DNA of 41,912 nt from an uncultured Collinsella sp. (GTDB lineage: Bacteria > Actinomycetota > Coriobacteriia > Coriobacteriales > Coriobacteriaceae). The notes under the pieces are model-generated. The model saw only the letters and a program-made list of their open reading frames with translations, had not been told where the DNA came from and did no database searches. Position numbers and translations under genes: made by a program. Of this stretch, positions 20,672 through 30,408 are shown piece by piece (position 1 is the first letter of the stretch; each line of letters begins with the position of its first letter). The stretch lies in NCBI GenBank assembly GCA_900752425.1, contig CAADVE010000115.1:1-41912 (forward strand), in the 5' to 3' direction.

Positions 20672-20892
20672 GCAATCACGTTTTGCGACGTGTTGCCATC
20701 GCTCCTATTCGCATATATCAACAGGTTATTTCGCCCTTATTGCCTGACGCCTGCATTTATTACCCAACGTGCTCGCAATACGCCATCCAGGCGATTGAGA
20801 AGCACGGTGTTTTGAGAGGCTGCTGGCTTGCCGTGAGGCGCATCGCTCGCTGCAATCCCCTGCACGTCGGCGGTTATGACCCTGTGCCCTAG
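20668..20892 (+). CDS. yidD: Membrane protein insertion efficiency factor
   Basis: [29 protein letters not shown]. Confidence 0.95.
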   Translation: MSNHVLRRVAIAPIRIYQQVISPLLPDACIYYPTCSQYAIQAIEKHGVLRGCWLAVRRIARCNPLHVGGYDPVP

Positions 20893-20921
20893 CGGGCACT
20901 CGCTATCGGAGGAAAACTTAC

Positions 20922-21692
20922 ATGTGGGATTGGATCGTTAACATCCTTTTCGAGCTGCTCAAGCTCATCCAGACCTTTGCGGTCGACTGGGGCCTGTCCA
21001 TCATCATCCTGGTGGTCATCATCCGTCTGCTGCTGACGCCGCTTATGCTCAAGTCGACCAAGTCGACGGCTCGCATGCAGGTGCTGCAGCCCAAGATGCT
21101 CGAGATCCAGGAGCGCTACGCTGACGATCCCCAGCGTCAGGCCGAGGAGATGCAGAAGTTCTACAGCGAGAACAAGTTCAACCCCATGGCTGGCTGTCTG
21201 CCGCTGCTGATTCAGATGCCTATCCTGTTCGCCCTGTTTACATTGCTGCGCAACCTGCCGCAGTACTTTAACGACGGCACGTTCTCGTTCTTCAACATCC
21301 TGCCCGACCTGACCACCACGCCGAGCGCTTCCTTTGCCGATGGCTTTATGGTTGCACTGCCTGCGCTGGTTTGCCTGATCCTGTTTGCCGTCCTGACCCT
21401 GATTCCGCAGCTCTATATGTCGCGCAACCAGACCGGCCAGCAGGCTCAGAGCATGCGTATGATGGCCGTTGTCATGACGGTCATGATGCTTTGGATGGGC
21501 TGGAGCCTTCCCGTTGGTGTTCTGCTGTACTACGACGTCTCGTCTGCTTGGCAGGTTATCCAGCAGATTTTTGTGACGCAGAAGGTCATCGACAAGGCGA
21601 AGGCCGATGAGGAGGAGCGTCTTAAGAACGCTCCGCTGCAGGTTGAGGTCACTCGTCGCGAGAAGAAGCCGCGCCCGCACAAGAAGAAGTAG
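20922..21692 (+). CDS. yidC: Membrane protein insertase YidC
   Basis: WGLSIIIL..IRLLL.PL, LQPK, NPMAGCLPLLIQMPI. Confidence 0.95.
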   Translation: MWDWIVNILFELLKLIQTFAVDWGLSIIILVVIIRLLLTPLMLKSTKSTARMQVLQPKMLEIQERYADDPQRQAEEMQKFYSENKFNPMAGCLPLLIQMPILFALFTLLRNLPQYFNDGTFSFFNILPDLTTTPSASFADGFMVALPALVCLILFAVLTLIPQLYMSRNQTGQQAQSMRMMAVVMTVMMLWMGWSLPVGVLLYYDVSSAWQVIQQIFVTQKVIDKAKADEEERLKNAPLQVEVTRREKKPRPHKKK

Positions 21693-21736
21693 TGGGATAT
21701 CAATCTTATTTAGGTACCTAACTTTTGGAGTACGTT

Positions 21737-22306
21737 ATGTCTGAAGAGATTATCGAGGATATGCTTGAGGAGGTTGCCCCGCAGGTCGCGGGCGATTATC
21801 CCGAGATTGCACAGCGCTACAAGGCTGGTGAAGAGCTGACCGATGAGGAGCTCGACACCATTGCCGATATTGCGATTTCCATCCTGCGTTCCATCCTTTC
21901 GCACTTCGATGCCGCCAACTCTCCTATCGATGAGTATGAGGGCGACGAGGGTGAGCTGATTTTGGATGTAACGGCTCCCGACCTTGCTGTTCTCATTGGC
22001 CGTCATGGTCGCACTCTTGATGCTCTTCAGGTTATGTTCTCTTTGCTGGTGAGCCGCAAGCTTGGCTTTAGGTATCCGGTTGTAGTGGACGTCGAGGGAT
22101 ACAAGAGTCGCCGTCAGGATAAGGTCGCCTCCATGGCTCAGTCTGCTGCCGAGCGTGCCATCCGCACTCATAAGAGTGTTTCGCTTCCGCCCATGAATGC
22201 CTACGAGCGCCGACTGGTTCACATTGCACTTCGTGGCAACGATGCAGTCGATACTCATTCTGAGGGTTCTGACCCTGATCGCCATGTGGTGATTGTTGCT
22301 CGATAA
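21737..22306 (+). CDS. jag: Jag/KhpB-type KH-R3H RNA-binding protein (no Jag_N domain evident)
   Basis: LIGRHGRTLDALQ (KH) and PMNAYERRLVH (R3H). ATG 21737 after GGAG. Confidence 0.9.
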   Translation: MSEEIIEDMLEEVAPQVAGDYPEIAQRYKAGEELTDEELDTIADIAISILRSILSHFDAANSPIDEYEGDEGELILDVTAPDLAVLIGRHGRTLDALQVMFSLLVSRKLGFRYPVVVDVEGYKSRRQDKVASMAQSAAERAIRTHKSVSLPPMNAYERRLVHIALRGNDAVDTHSEGSDPDRHVVIVAR

Positions 22307-22325
22307 TCTACTCGAGCTTATGCTA

Positions 22326-22356
22326 GGGGGACGTGGTTTCCACGTCCCCTTTTTTT
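22326..22356 (+). terminator. Terminator after jag
   Basis: GGGGACGTGG-TTT-CCACGTCCCC-TTTTTTT. Confidence 0.85.
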
Positions 22357-22402
22357 GTCAAAAGTTCTCGATACACTGATTTTTGTCAGAAAGGAGCTTT
22401 CG

Positions 22403-23140
22403 TTGTTAGTACTTACTGATCAGCAGGCTGACGAGATGTTGAGTCGTCTAACTTCCTATTGCAAAGAGTATTCCTTGAGCGTAACTGATGTTGAGCTGAG
22501 GAAATGTATCCAGCATTTGGATTTGGTTCTTGAAACAAATAAGACAACCAATCTCACCCGTATTCTTAACGTAGAAGATGCTGTAGTACTTCATATCCTC
22601 GACTCACTTGTTTTGCTCCCCTATATCAATAAGGCTCCTGAGGGAGCTTTGCTCGATATGGGAACAGGTGCGGGCTTCCCTGGTATTCCATTAACCATAA
22701 CCACGCATCGTAAAGCTACTTATATTGACTCTGTTGGCAAGAAGGTTGATGCTGTTAATTCCTTTGTCCATGCTCTTGGATTGAAACATGCTCATGCGGT
22801 TCATGATCGTCTTGAAGAATATGCTCGAAGCCATAAGAAGCAGTTCTCTGTTGTAACCGCCCGTGCACTGGCCCCTCTACTGATTCTTGTTGAGTATGCG
22901 GCTCCGTACCTCAAGGATGGAGGGCTATTTGTTATCACCAAGGGCAATCCTTCGGATGAGGAGCTTGCTTCTGGCATGTCAGCTGCAAAGATTTGCGGCT
23001 TCACTTTGCTTCTGAATGACGCTATCGATTTGCCTGAGGGCCTGGGCCACAGGGAGTTCATTGTTCTTAAGAAGAGTCATCCAGCATCCGTCTCATTGCC
23101 TCGTGCAAATGGCATGGCAAAGAAGAATCCGCTTGCCTAG
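22403..23140 (+). CDS. rsmG: 16S rRNA m7G527 methyltransferase
   Basis: NLTRI, HILDSL, DMGTGAGFPG, VTARALA. TTG start at 22403 after AAGGAG is inferred. Confidence 0.93.
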   Translation: MLVLTDQQADEMLSRLTSYCKEYSLSVTDVELRKCIQHLDLVLETNKTTNLTRILNVEDAVVLHILDSLVLLPYINKAPEGALLDMGTGAGFPGIPLTITTHRKATYIDSVGKKVDAVNSFVHALGLKHAHAVHDRLEEYARSHKKQFSVVTARALAPLLILVEYAAPYLKDGGLFVITKGNPSDEELASGMSAAKICGFTLLLNDAIDLPEGLGHREFIVLKKSHPASVSLPRANGMAKKNPLA

Positions 23141-23141
23141 A

Positions 23142-23235
23142 TGTTTCACGTGAAACATAATGGATACTAACAACTTGCGGTGTTTCACGTGAAACATGGC
23201 GGTTGATATCGAATCGGAATGTTTCACGTGAGACA
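23142..23235. other. Three tandem parS sites
   Basis: TGTTTCACGTGAAACA at 23142 and 23181, TGTTTCACGTGAGACA at 23220. Confidence 0.92.
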
Positions 23236-23274
23236 TCCTCCGTTTGACAGCTTTAATACACACCAGGAGGGACC

Positions 23275-24075
23275 GTGGGATTTCGCGACGTTAAGCGTTC
23301 TAAGAGTGCAAAAGACACGCGTATCATTGCAATCATCAATCAAAAAGGCGGCGTCGGTAAGTCAACGACGGCTGTAAACCTTGCAGCAGCACTGGGTGAG
23401 CAGGGTCGTAAGACGCTGATTGTCGATTTTGATCCGCAAGGAAACAGCACTAGCGGATTTGGAATTGAAAAAGAAGACCTTGATCACTGCATCTATGATG
23501 CATTGTTGAATGATGTGCCGGCAGAATCGCTTGTTCTTGATACAAATTGCAAAAAGGTATTCGTAATTCCGGCTACAATTCAGCTTGCAGGCGCAGAAAT
23601 TGAACTCGTAAGCGCAATTGCTCGTGAAACCCGTCTCAAAGATTTGCTTGAGCCAATTCAGGACGAGTTCGATTTTATTTTCATTGACTGTCCCCCTTCG
23701 CTCGGCCTGCTTACTATCAACGCCTTGACCGCAGCAGACAGCGTTTTGATTCCGATCCAATGCGAGTATTATGCACTTGAAGGCGTTACGAAGCTGCTTG
23801 AGTCAATGAAGATGGTCAAATCACGTCTGAACAAGGGCTTAGACACCTATGGTGTGCTTATGACCATGTATGACTCGCGTACTTCTCTATCGAATCAGGT
23901 TGTTGAGGAGGTTCAATCGTACTTTGGTGATAAGGCGTTTAAGACGCTGATCCCCCGTACGGTTAAAATCTCCGAAGCTCCGTCTTTTGGAGAACCGGTA
24001 ATTACCTATGCACCTCAAAATAAGGGTGCAAAAGCGTATATGAACCTTGCAAAAGAGGTGATCAAGCGTGCCTAG
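23275..24075 (+). CDS. parA: Chromosome partition ATPase ParA/Soj
   Basis: NQKGGVGKST, DFDPQGN, IDCPPSLG, QCEYYALEG, SEAPSFG. Confidence 0.96.
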   Translation: MGFRDVKRSKSAKDTRIIAIINQKGGVGKSTTAVNLAAALGEQGRKTLIVDFDPQGNSTSGFGIEKEDLDHCIYDALLNDVPAESLVLDTNCKKVFVIPATIQLAGAEIELVSAIARETRLKDLLEPIQDEFDFIFIDCPPSLGLLTINALTAADSVLIPIQCEYYALEGVTKLLESMKMVKSRLNKGLDTYGVLMTMYDSRTSLSNQVVEEVQSYFGDKAFKTLIPRTVKISEAPSFGEPVITYAPQNKGAKAYMNLAKEVIKRA

Positions 24076-24973
24076 TGTAAAGAAACGTGGCGGATTAGGA
24101 CGTGGACTCAATGCTTTGGTCTCAGAGGCCGAGTATGAGACTGGTGGTTCGGCTGCATCGGCTTCGAATGCTGCGTCTGAAACAAAATTACCTATTGAGG
24201 ATATCGTTCCCAACCCAAATCAGCCCCGAATTCACTTTAACGAAACTGAACTTCGCGAGTTGAGCGAGTCAATTCAAGAACATGGCGTTTTGCAGCCGCT
24301 TTTGGTTCGCAAGCATGGAAACGGCTATGAGATCATCGCTGGTGAACGTCGTTACCAGGCGTCAAAACTTGCTGGTCTTGAGGAACTGCCAGTCATCATT
24401 AAGGATGTTAATGATGAAGAGATGCTAGCTCTTGCTCTTATCGAAAACCTTCAGCGTTCTGATCTAAATCCTGTCGAAGAGGCTAAGGGCTACCGCCAGC
24501 TTATCGATGCCAGCGGTATGACCCAGGAAGCATTGTCGAAGGCTGTAAGCAAGTCGCGCTCTGCAATTACAAACTCGCTGCGCCTTCTTGATCTTCCCGA
24601 AGTTGTTCAGCAGATGATTTTTGAGGGCAAACTTACTGCTGGTCATGCACGTGCGATTCTTGCAGTTCCCTATGAGGATGCTCGAATTCGACTTGCTGAG
24701 AAGGTTGTTGCAGAGGGCCTTTCCGTAAGAGCGACAGAAAATCTTGCTCCGTTGTTTTCTGCCGGAGAGACACATAAGACTCCGAGGCCTGCAACGCCTC
24801 AGTCTTTTAAAAAGGCTGCCCGCGTGCTTCGTCAGGTTTTTAATACCAACGTGCGTGTGAAGAGCTCGCGTGGAAAGAATAAGATTGAGATTGAGTTTAA
24901 AGACGAGGAAGAGCTCTCTCGTATTCTTGGCGAAATGATTCAGTTTGATCAAGGAGGCCAAGATGAGGAATAG
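24068..24973 (+). CDS. parB: Chromosome partition CTPase ParB/Spo0J
   Basis: GLGRGLNAL, PNPNQPR, IAGERRYQA, ENLQRSDLNPVEEA, HTH, GHARA. Confidence 0.96.
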   Translation: MPSVKKRGGLGRGLNALVSEAEYETGGSAASASNAASETKLPIEDIVPNPNQPRIHFNETELRELSESIQEHGVLQPLLVRKHGNGYEIIAGERRYQASKLAGLEELPVIIKDVNDEEMLALALIENLQRSDLNPVEEAKGYRQLIDASGMTQEALSKAVSKSRSAITNSLRLLDLPEVVQQMIFEGKLTAGHARAILAVPYEDARIRLAEKVVAEGLSVRATENLAPLFSAGETHKTPRPATPQSFKKAARVLRQVFNTNVRVKSSRGKNKIEIEFKDEEELSRILGEMIQFDQGGQDEE

Positions 24974-25217
24974 GATTTTTACTGTGATTGCATTGGCGAC
25001 GACTGTCGCTGCTGGTGCCTTTGCTGGCTATAAGATCGCGACAGACGATGAACTTCGAGGTCGTTTGCTTCGTAGTGCGCAAGATATTGTCGATACATCC
25101 AAGAAGAAAATGGATGTTATGACAGAAGATGTTGCCATGCGCACCGCTCAGGTAACGAAGAATCCCAAGATTAATCAAGGTTGGGTTAGCAACCAATGGG
25201 AAAATGTAGGTTATTAG
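24963..25217 (+). CDS. Small protein with N-terminal TM/signal segment
   Basis: ATG 24963 with RBS AAGGAGG, overlapping the end of parB. Confidence 0.7.
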   Translation: MRNRIFTVIALATTVAAGAFAGYKIATDDELRGRLLRSAQDIVDTSKKKMDVMTEDVAMRTAQVTKNPKINQGWVSNQWENVGY

Positions 25218-25342
25218 GTACCTAACAATTACTTAGCATATTATGAGGGGTCCTTGTCTAATTCACGAGGCAGGAACCCCTTATTTTGACCGTAAAAAAT
25301 GGGACAGGTAGCAGCTGATTCAAAATTAAGCTCAATAAATGA

Positions 25343-25379
25343 AACGGCCACGGTTGCATATCCTGCAACCGTGGCCGTT
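25343..25379. terminator. Terminator between convergent genes (rlmN end)
   Basis: Perfect 16-bp stem AACGGCCACGGTTGCA / TGCAACCGTGGCCGTT. Confidence 0.75.
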
Positions 25380-25382
25380 CAA

Positions 25383-25398
25383 TGTTTCACATGAAACG
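25383..25398. other. parS-like site
   Basis: TGTTTCACATGAAACG. Confidence 0.7.
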
Positions 25399-25416
25399 TT
25401 TTGGGGTGCGACTCCC

Positions 25417-26469
25417 CTATGCGTTCTTCTGAACTTTGAAGCGCTGCTTCAGCTGTCCGCAGGCGGCGTCAATATCGTTACCACGGGAGTTACGAATCGT
25501 GGTCTCGATGCCACGGGACTCAAGACGACGCTGAAGATCCTCAACCTTATGAATCGGCGACGGCTTGAGCGGGCTACCCTCAATGTCGTTAAGCTGAATA
25601 AGGTTAACGTGGCACAGCGTTCCCTCGCAGAAGTCGCAGAGCGCCTGCATCTCGGGATTCGTATCGTTGACGCCTTCGATCATGGCATACTCATAGGTCG
25701 GGCGGCGGCCAGTCTTCTCGGTGTAGAGCTGAAGCGCCTCGTGAAGGCGAAGCAGTGTGTACTTCTTAACACCGGGCATGAGCTTGTTGCGCGTCGACTG
25801 GATGGCGGAATGCAGGGAAACGGCAAGCGTGAACTGCTCGGGGATATCGGCAAATTTGCGAATACCGGGAATAACGCCGCTGGTAGAGACGGTGAGGTGA
25901 CGAGCGCCGATACCGATGCCATCGGGGTCGTTGAGGATTCGCAGCGCCTTGAGAACCTCGTCGTAGTTGGCAAACGGCTCGCCCTGACCCATGAAGACGA
26001 CGCTCGTGGCACGCTCGCCAAAGTCGTTGGATACATGAAGTACCTGGTCGACGATCTCTTGAGCGGTCAGAGAGCGCTTGAGGCCGTTGAGACCGGTAGC
26101 GCAAAAGGCGCAGCCCATGCCACAGCCAGCCTGGGTGGAAACGCAGACGGAAAGCTTGTTACGACGGGGCATACCGACAGTCTCGACGGAAACGCCGTCG
26201 TGGTACTCGAGCAGATACTTGCGAGAGCCATCTTTGGAAACCTGCTTGGTTAGTTCAGTCGGCGTGTCAAAGGTAAAAGCCTCTTTAAGCTGCTCGCGGA
26301 AAGCCTTGGGAAGGTTGGTCATATCGTCAAACGAACAAACGTTCTTCTCGAAGACCCATTCGATGAGCTGCTTCGCGCGGAAGGTGGGCTGGCCAAGTTC
26401 GGCCACAAGGTCGCGAATATCGTTTTGGCTCAAGTCGCGAATGTCCTGAGATTTAGTCCTGGGATTCAT
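25417..26469 (-). CDS. rlmN: 23S rRNA/tRNA m2A methyltransferase RlmN (radical SAM)
   Basis: CVSTQAGCGMGCAFCATG, FMGQGEP, LAVSLHS, DIDAACGQL. Confidence 0.95.
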   Translation of the reverse strand: MNPRTKSQDIRDLSQNDIRDLVAELGQPTFRAKQLIEWVFEKNVCSFDDMTNLPKAFREQLKEAFTFDTPTELTKQVSKDGSRKYLLEYHDGVSVETVGMPRRNKLSVCVSTQAGCGMGCAFCATGLNGLKRSLTAQEIVDQVLHVSNDFGERATSVVFMGQGEPFANYDEVLKALRILNDPDGIGIGARHLTVSTSGVIPGIRKFADIPEQFTLAVSLHSAIQSTRNKLMPGVKKYTLLRLHEALQLYTEKTGRRPTYEYAMIEGVNDTNPEMQALCDFCEGTLCHVNLIQLNDIEGSPLKPSPIHKVEDLQRRLESRGIETTIRNSRGNDIDAACGQLKQRFKVQKNA

Positions 26470-26554
26470 GGAAGCCTTTCGATTTTGGGGAAACGTAGAG
26501 GGTATCGCTACAATATGGTATCAGCTGCAGAAATTATAGAGGAGGAGTCTGCCC

Positions 26555-27520
26555 ATGCCGGGTAAAAGCCTAGAGAACATGCACGTAGCGGTCTTGGCGG
26601 GCGGTCATTCCGCTGAGCGCGAGATCTCGCTCAATTCGGGAAAGAACGTCGTGGTTGCCTTGAAGGAGGCCGGCTACACTTCGGTGGAGCTGCTCGACAC
26701 GGCTACCGATGATTTTATGGTAACCATGGCGACCGGCGGCTTTGCCGTGGCGTTTATCGCCATGCACGGTGCCGGCGGCGAGGATGGCGCCATGCAGGGC
26801 GCCATGGAGACCCTGGGTATCCCCTACACGGCCTCGGGTGTGCTTGCCAGCGCCTGCGGTGCCGACAAGGAGGTCTCTAAGCTCCTGTACGCCAAGGCGG
26901 GCATTCCTGTTGCCCCCGGCCTTGCGCTCGAGGTGGGCGATGAAGTCGATATCGATCATATCGTCGAGGTTTGTGGCGAGCGCTGCTTTGTGAAGCCGGC
27001 CGTCAACGGTTCCAGCTATGGCATTTCCCTGGTCCATGAGCCCTCCGAGCTGCCCGCGGCAATCGCCAAGGCGTTTGAGTACGGCGACAAAGTGCTGGTC
27101 GAGAAGTGCATCGAGGGTACCGAGATCACCGTCGGTGTATACGGTGAAGATGACGTGCGCGCCCTGCCGATTGTCGAGATTCGTAAGCCCGAGGACTGCG
27201 AGTTCTACGATCTGGACGTGAAATATGTCGACCCTACGGACATCCATCGCATTCCGGCGCAGATTTCACCCGAGAACTACGCTCGTGCCCAGGAGCTTGC
27301 CTGTGCCGCTCACAAGGCGCTCGGTTGCCTGGGCATCTCGCGCAGCGATTTTATCGTGAGCGAGGACGGCCCCGTTATCCTCGAGACCAATACCATTCCC
27401 GGCATGACCGATACGTCGCTGTATCCGGATGAGATCCGCCACACCGACGACATGACGTTCCCGCAGGTCTGTGACAGCCTGATCCGTATGGGCCTTCGTC
27501 GAGCGGGCATTGCATGCTAA
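26555..27520 (+). CDS. ddl: D-alanine--D-alanine ligase
   Basis: GGHSAEREISL.SG, HGAGGEDG, VKPAVNGSSYG, FYD...KY, ETNTIPGMT. Confidence 0.93.
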   Translation: MPGKSLENMHVAVLAGGHSAEREISLNSGKNVVVALKEAGYTSVELLDTATDDFMVTMATGGFAVAFIAMHGAGGEDGAMQGAMETLGIPYTASGVLASACGADKEVSKLLYAKAGIPVAPGLALEVGDEVDIDHIVEVCGERCFVKPAVNGSSYGISLVHEPSELPAAIAKAFEYGDKVLVEKCIEGTEITVGVYGEDDVRALPIVEIRKPEDCEFYDLDVKYVDPTDIHRIPAQISPENYARAQELACAAHKALGCLGISRSDFIVSEDGPVILETNTIPGMTDTSLYPDEIRHTDDMTFPQVCDSLIRMGLRRAGIAC

Positions 27521-30408
27521 TCGAGGACGCGGTTTCGTCAGGAACGCCGCAGTTTGTCATCGACTCCTATGCCACGCTTGCCGAACGCGCCAAAACGCAG
27601 TCCTTCGGCCTTATCGAGGAAGATGTGATCGTCCTCGATACCGAGACCACAGGTCTTTCGGTGCAGGACAACGAGCTGATCGAGATCTCGGCGGCCCGTC
27701 TTTCGGGCCGCGAGATCGTCGACCGCTTCGATACCTTCGTGCATCCCAAGCAGCTGATTCCCGCCGAGATTACCGAGCTCACGAGCATTACAAATGCCGA
27801 TGTGGCAGATGCCCCGTCGGCCGTTGAGGCCGTCGCCGCTCTCGCCGATTTTGTCGGTGGTTGCCCGGTAATCGCACATAACGCCACGTTCGACCGCTCG
27901 TTTATCGAGTCGGTCAAAGGCGGCGTCAACGTGAGCGATATTTGGATCGATTCGCTGGCGCTGTCGCGCATCGCGCTTCCGCGCCTGGCCTCGCACAAGC
28001 TGTCTTTTATGGCCGATCTGTTTGGCTGTGACTCGGTATCACACCGTGCCAATGCCGACGTCGACGCCCTGTGTGGCGTATGGCGCGTGTTGCTCGTGGC
28101 ACTCACCGACTTGCCCCAGGGCCTCATGGCGCGCCTAGCCGACATGCATCCGGACGTGCCTTGGTCCTATCGTCCAATCTTCTCATTCTTGGCGGGGCAG
28201 AACCCTGGTTCTATCTTCTCTCTCAGCGCCGCTCGTGCTGACGTTCTCAAGGCCGATCGCGCCGACGATCGGGTGGACGCCGACGAACTGCCGGTACTCA
28301 AGATGCCGAGTCGTGAGGAGATTGAGGCAGACTATGCGCCAGGTGGCCTGGTCAATCGCATGTATCCCACCTACGAGCCGCGTGATGAGCAGATCGCGAT
28401 GGCGCTCGAGGTCCGCGATGCGCTGGTCACGGGCACTCATCGTGTAATTGAGGCGGGCACGGGCGTCGGCAAATCGATGGCCTATCTGGTGCCTTTTGCC
28501 GAGGCAGCACGCCGTAACAACATCACGGTTGGTATTGCGACCAAATCGAACAATCTTGCCGACCAGCTCATGTACCATGAGCTGCCAAAACTTGCCGAGC
28601 AACTGGACGGTGGTCTGTCATTTTGCGCTCTCAAGGGCTATGACCACTATCCGTGCCTGCGCAAGCTTGAGCGCATGAGCCGCGGCCAGGTCGAGATTAC
28701 CACCAAGCGCGATCCGGCGGACACGCTCACGGCGGTCGCGGTCATTATGGCGTACGTCTGCCAATCAGCCGATGGCGACCTCGACTCGCTCGGCATTCGG
28801 TGGCGCAGTGTCAACCGCCCCGACTTTACGACGGCCTCGCGCGAGTGTGCTCGTCGCCTCTGCCCGTTTTTCCCTGATAAATGTTTGGTCCACGGCGCTC
28901 GCCGTCGTGCGGCGCATGCCGACGTGGTGGTCACCAACCATTCACTGCTGTTCCGCAATGTTGCGGCCGAGGGCAGGATTTTACCTCCGATTCGTCATTG
29001 GGTAATCGACGAGGCCCATTCCATCGAGCGCGAGGCGCGCCGTCAGTGGGCGCGCGTGGTGTCGGCGGACGAATCACGCGTTCTGTTTGAGCGCCTGGGC
29101 GGCTCGACCACCGGCGCGCTAAGCCAGGTCTCCCGTGATTTGGCAACCTCCGAGGGCTCTACGCTCTATTTGGGCCTTACGGCCAAGGCGACATCGACGG
29201 TTGCGCGCGCGAGCATGGCAATCGCCGACGTGTTCGATGGCGTTCGCGAGCTCGGCCGCCGTGCCCGTGGGGGTTATGACAATGCCAATCTATGGATTGG
29301 CCCCGAGCTGCGCGAATCTGACGACTGGCATGATTTCTTACAGTCGGCCTACACTGCCATCGACGCATTGGAACAAGCTGACAAGAGCGTCGACGCGCTG
29401 GTGCAAGCCGTCGCCGCCGACAAGCCCGAGGTTGTTGTCGACCTGGGTGATATCTCGCGCCGCCTGCACGAGCTGGCTGAGAACCTCAAACTCATCATTG
29501 ATGGCACCGATGAACACTACGTGTATTCACTGCAGGTCAATCGCAGGTTGCGTGCCGGCGGAGAGTCAATGACCGCAGAGCGCATCGACATTGGCGAGGC
29601 CTTGGCAACCGAGTGGCTGCCCGAGGTTCACACGGCTATCTTTGCCTCGGCGACCATGACGGTGTCCAAAAGCTTTGAACACTTTAACCACGCAGTCGGC
29701 CTCGATCGCATCGGTGCTTCAACATCCTCATCGTTGCACTTGGACTCGAGCTACGACTTCGATTCGAACATGGCTGTAGTCGTTGCGGGCGATATCCCCG
29801 ATCCGCGCGATCGTGAGAGCTATCTTACGGCGCTCGAGCGCGTGCTGGTCGACGCCCATCTTGCCATGGGCGGATCGGTGCTCACACTGTTTACCAATCG
29901 GCGCGACATGGAAGACCTGTACGCCCGCGTTGAGCCCAAGATGGCCCGTGCGGGTCTGGAGCTCAACTGCCAGCAGCGCAACTCATCTCCTCGTCGCCTG
30001 CGCGACCGGTTTATCAACGAGCCGACCTCGTCGCTTTTTGCTCTTAAGGCCTTCTGGGAGGGGTTCGACGCCAGCGGCGAGACGCTGCGCTGCGTCATCA
30101 TTCCCAAGCTGCCGTTCTCGAGTCCCACGGACCCGCTCTCGTGCGAGCGCAACCTGCGCGAAGACCGCGCTTGGGCGCGCTATTCGCTGCCCGAGGCGGT
30201 GCTCGAGGTCAAGCAGGCGGCCGGCCGCCTTATCCGCTCGTCGACCGATTGCGGCGTGCTGATTCTGGCCGACCCGCGCCTGGTGACGAAGGGCTACGGA
30301 AAGAAGTTCTTAACGTCGCTGCCCACGAGCTCCTACCAGCGCATCGAATCGGCGCAGATCGGGCACTATCTGCAACTGTGGCGCGCACGCCACGAGCGGC
30401 GGCGCTAA
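27514..30408 (+). CDS. dinG: DinG-family helicase with N-terminal DEDDh 3'-5' exonuclease
   Basis: DTETTG, AHNATFD, HRANAD (exonuclease). EAGTGVGKS, DEAH, SAT, FWEGFD, KQAAGRLIRS (helicase). Four Fe-S-type cysteines. Confidence 0.9.
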   Translation: MLIEDAVSSGTPQFVIDSYATLAERAKTQSFGLIEEDVIVLDTETTGLSVQDNELIEISAARLSGREIVDRFDTFVHPKQLIPAEITELTSITNADVADAPSAVEAVAALADFVGGCPVIAHNATFDRSFIESVKGGVNVSDIWIDSLALSRIALPRLASHKLSFMADLFGCDSVSHRANADVDALCGVWRVLLVALTDLPQGLMARLADMHPDVPWSYRPIFSFLAGQNPGSIFSLSAARADVLKADRADDRVDADELPVLKMPSREEIEADYAPGGLVNRMYPTYEPRDEQIAMALEVRDALVTGTHRVIEAGTGVGKSMAYLVPFAEAARRNNITVGIATKSNNLADQLMYHELPKLAEQLDGGLSFCALKGYDHYPCLRKLERMSRGQVEITTKRDPADTLTAVAVIMAYVCQSADGDLDSLGIRWRSVNRPDFTTASRECARRLCPFFPDKCLVHGARRRAAHADVVVTNHSLLFRNVAAEGRILPPIRHWVIDEAHSIEREARRQWARVVSADESRVLFERLGGSTTGALSQVSRDLATSEGSTLYLGLTAKATSTVARASMAIADVFDGVRELGRRARGGYDNANLWIGPELRESDDWHDFLQSAYTAIDALEQADKSVDALVQAVAADKPEVVVDLGDISRRLHELAENLKLIIDGTDEHYVYSLQVNRRLRAGGESMTAERIDIGEALATEWLPEVHTAIFASATMTVSKSFEHFNHAVGLDRIGASTSSSLHLDSSYDFDSNMAVVVAGDIPDPRDRESYLTALERVLVDAHLAMGGSVLTLFTNRRDMEDLYARVEPKMARAGLELNCQQRNSSPRRLRDRFINEPTSSLFALKAFWEGFDASGETLRCVIIPKLPFSSPTDPLSCERNLREDRAWARYSLPEAVLEVKQAAGRLIRSSTDCGVLILADPRLVTKGYGKKFLTSLPTSSYQRIESAQIGHYLQLWRARHERRR

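Noticed and set aside
23142..23235. Regularly spaced repeats resembling a mini CRISPR array
   Set aside because: The repeats are the 16-bp parS consensus next to parAB. They are too short, and there are no cas genes.
26555..27520. Van-type D-Ala-D-Lac ligase
   Set aside because: The omega-loop region ends in KY as in ordinary Ddl, and there are no vanH/X/R/S neighbours.
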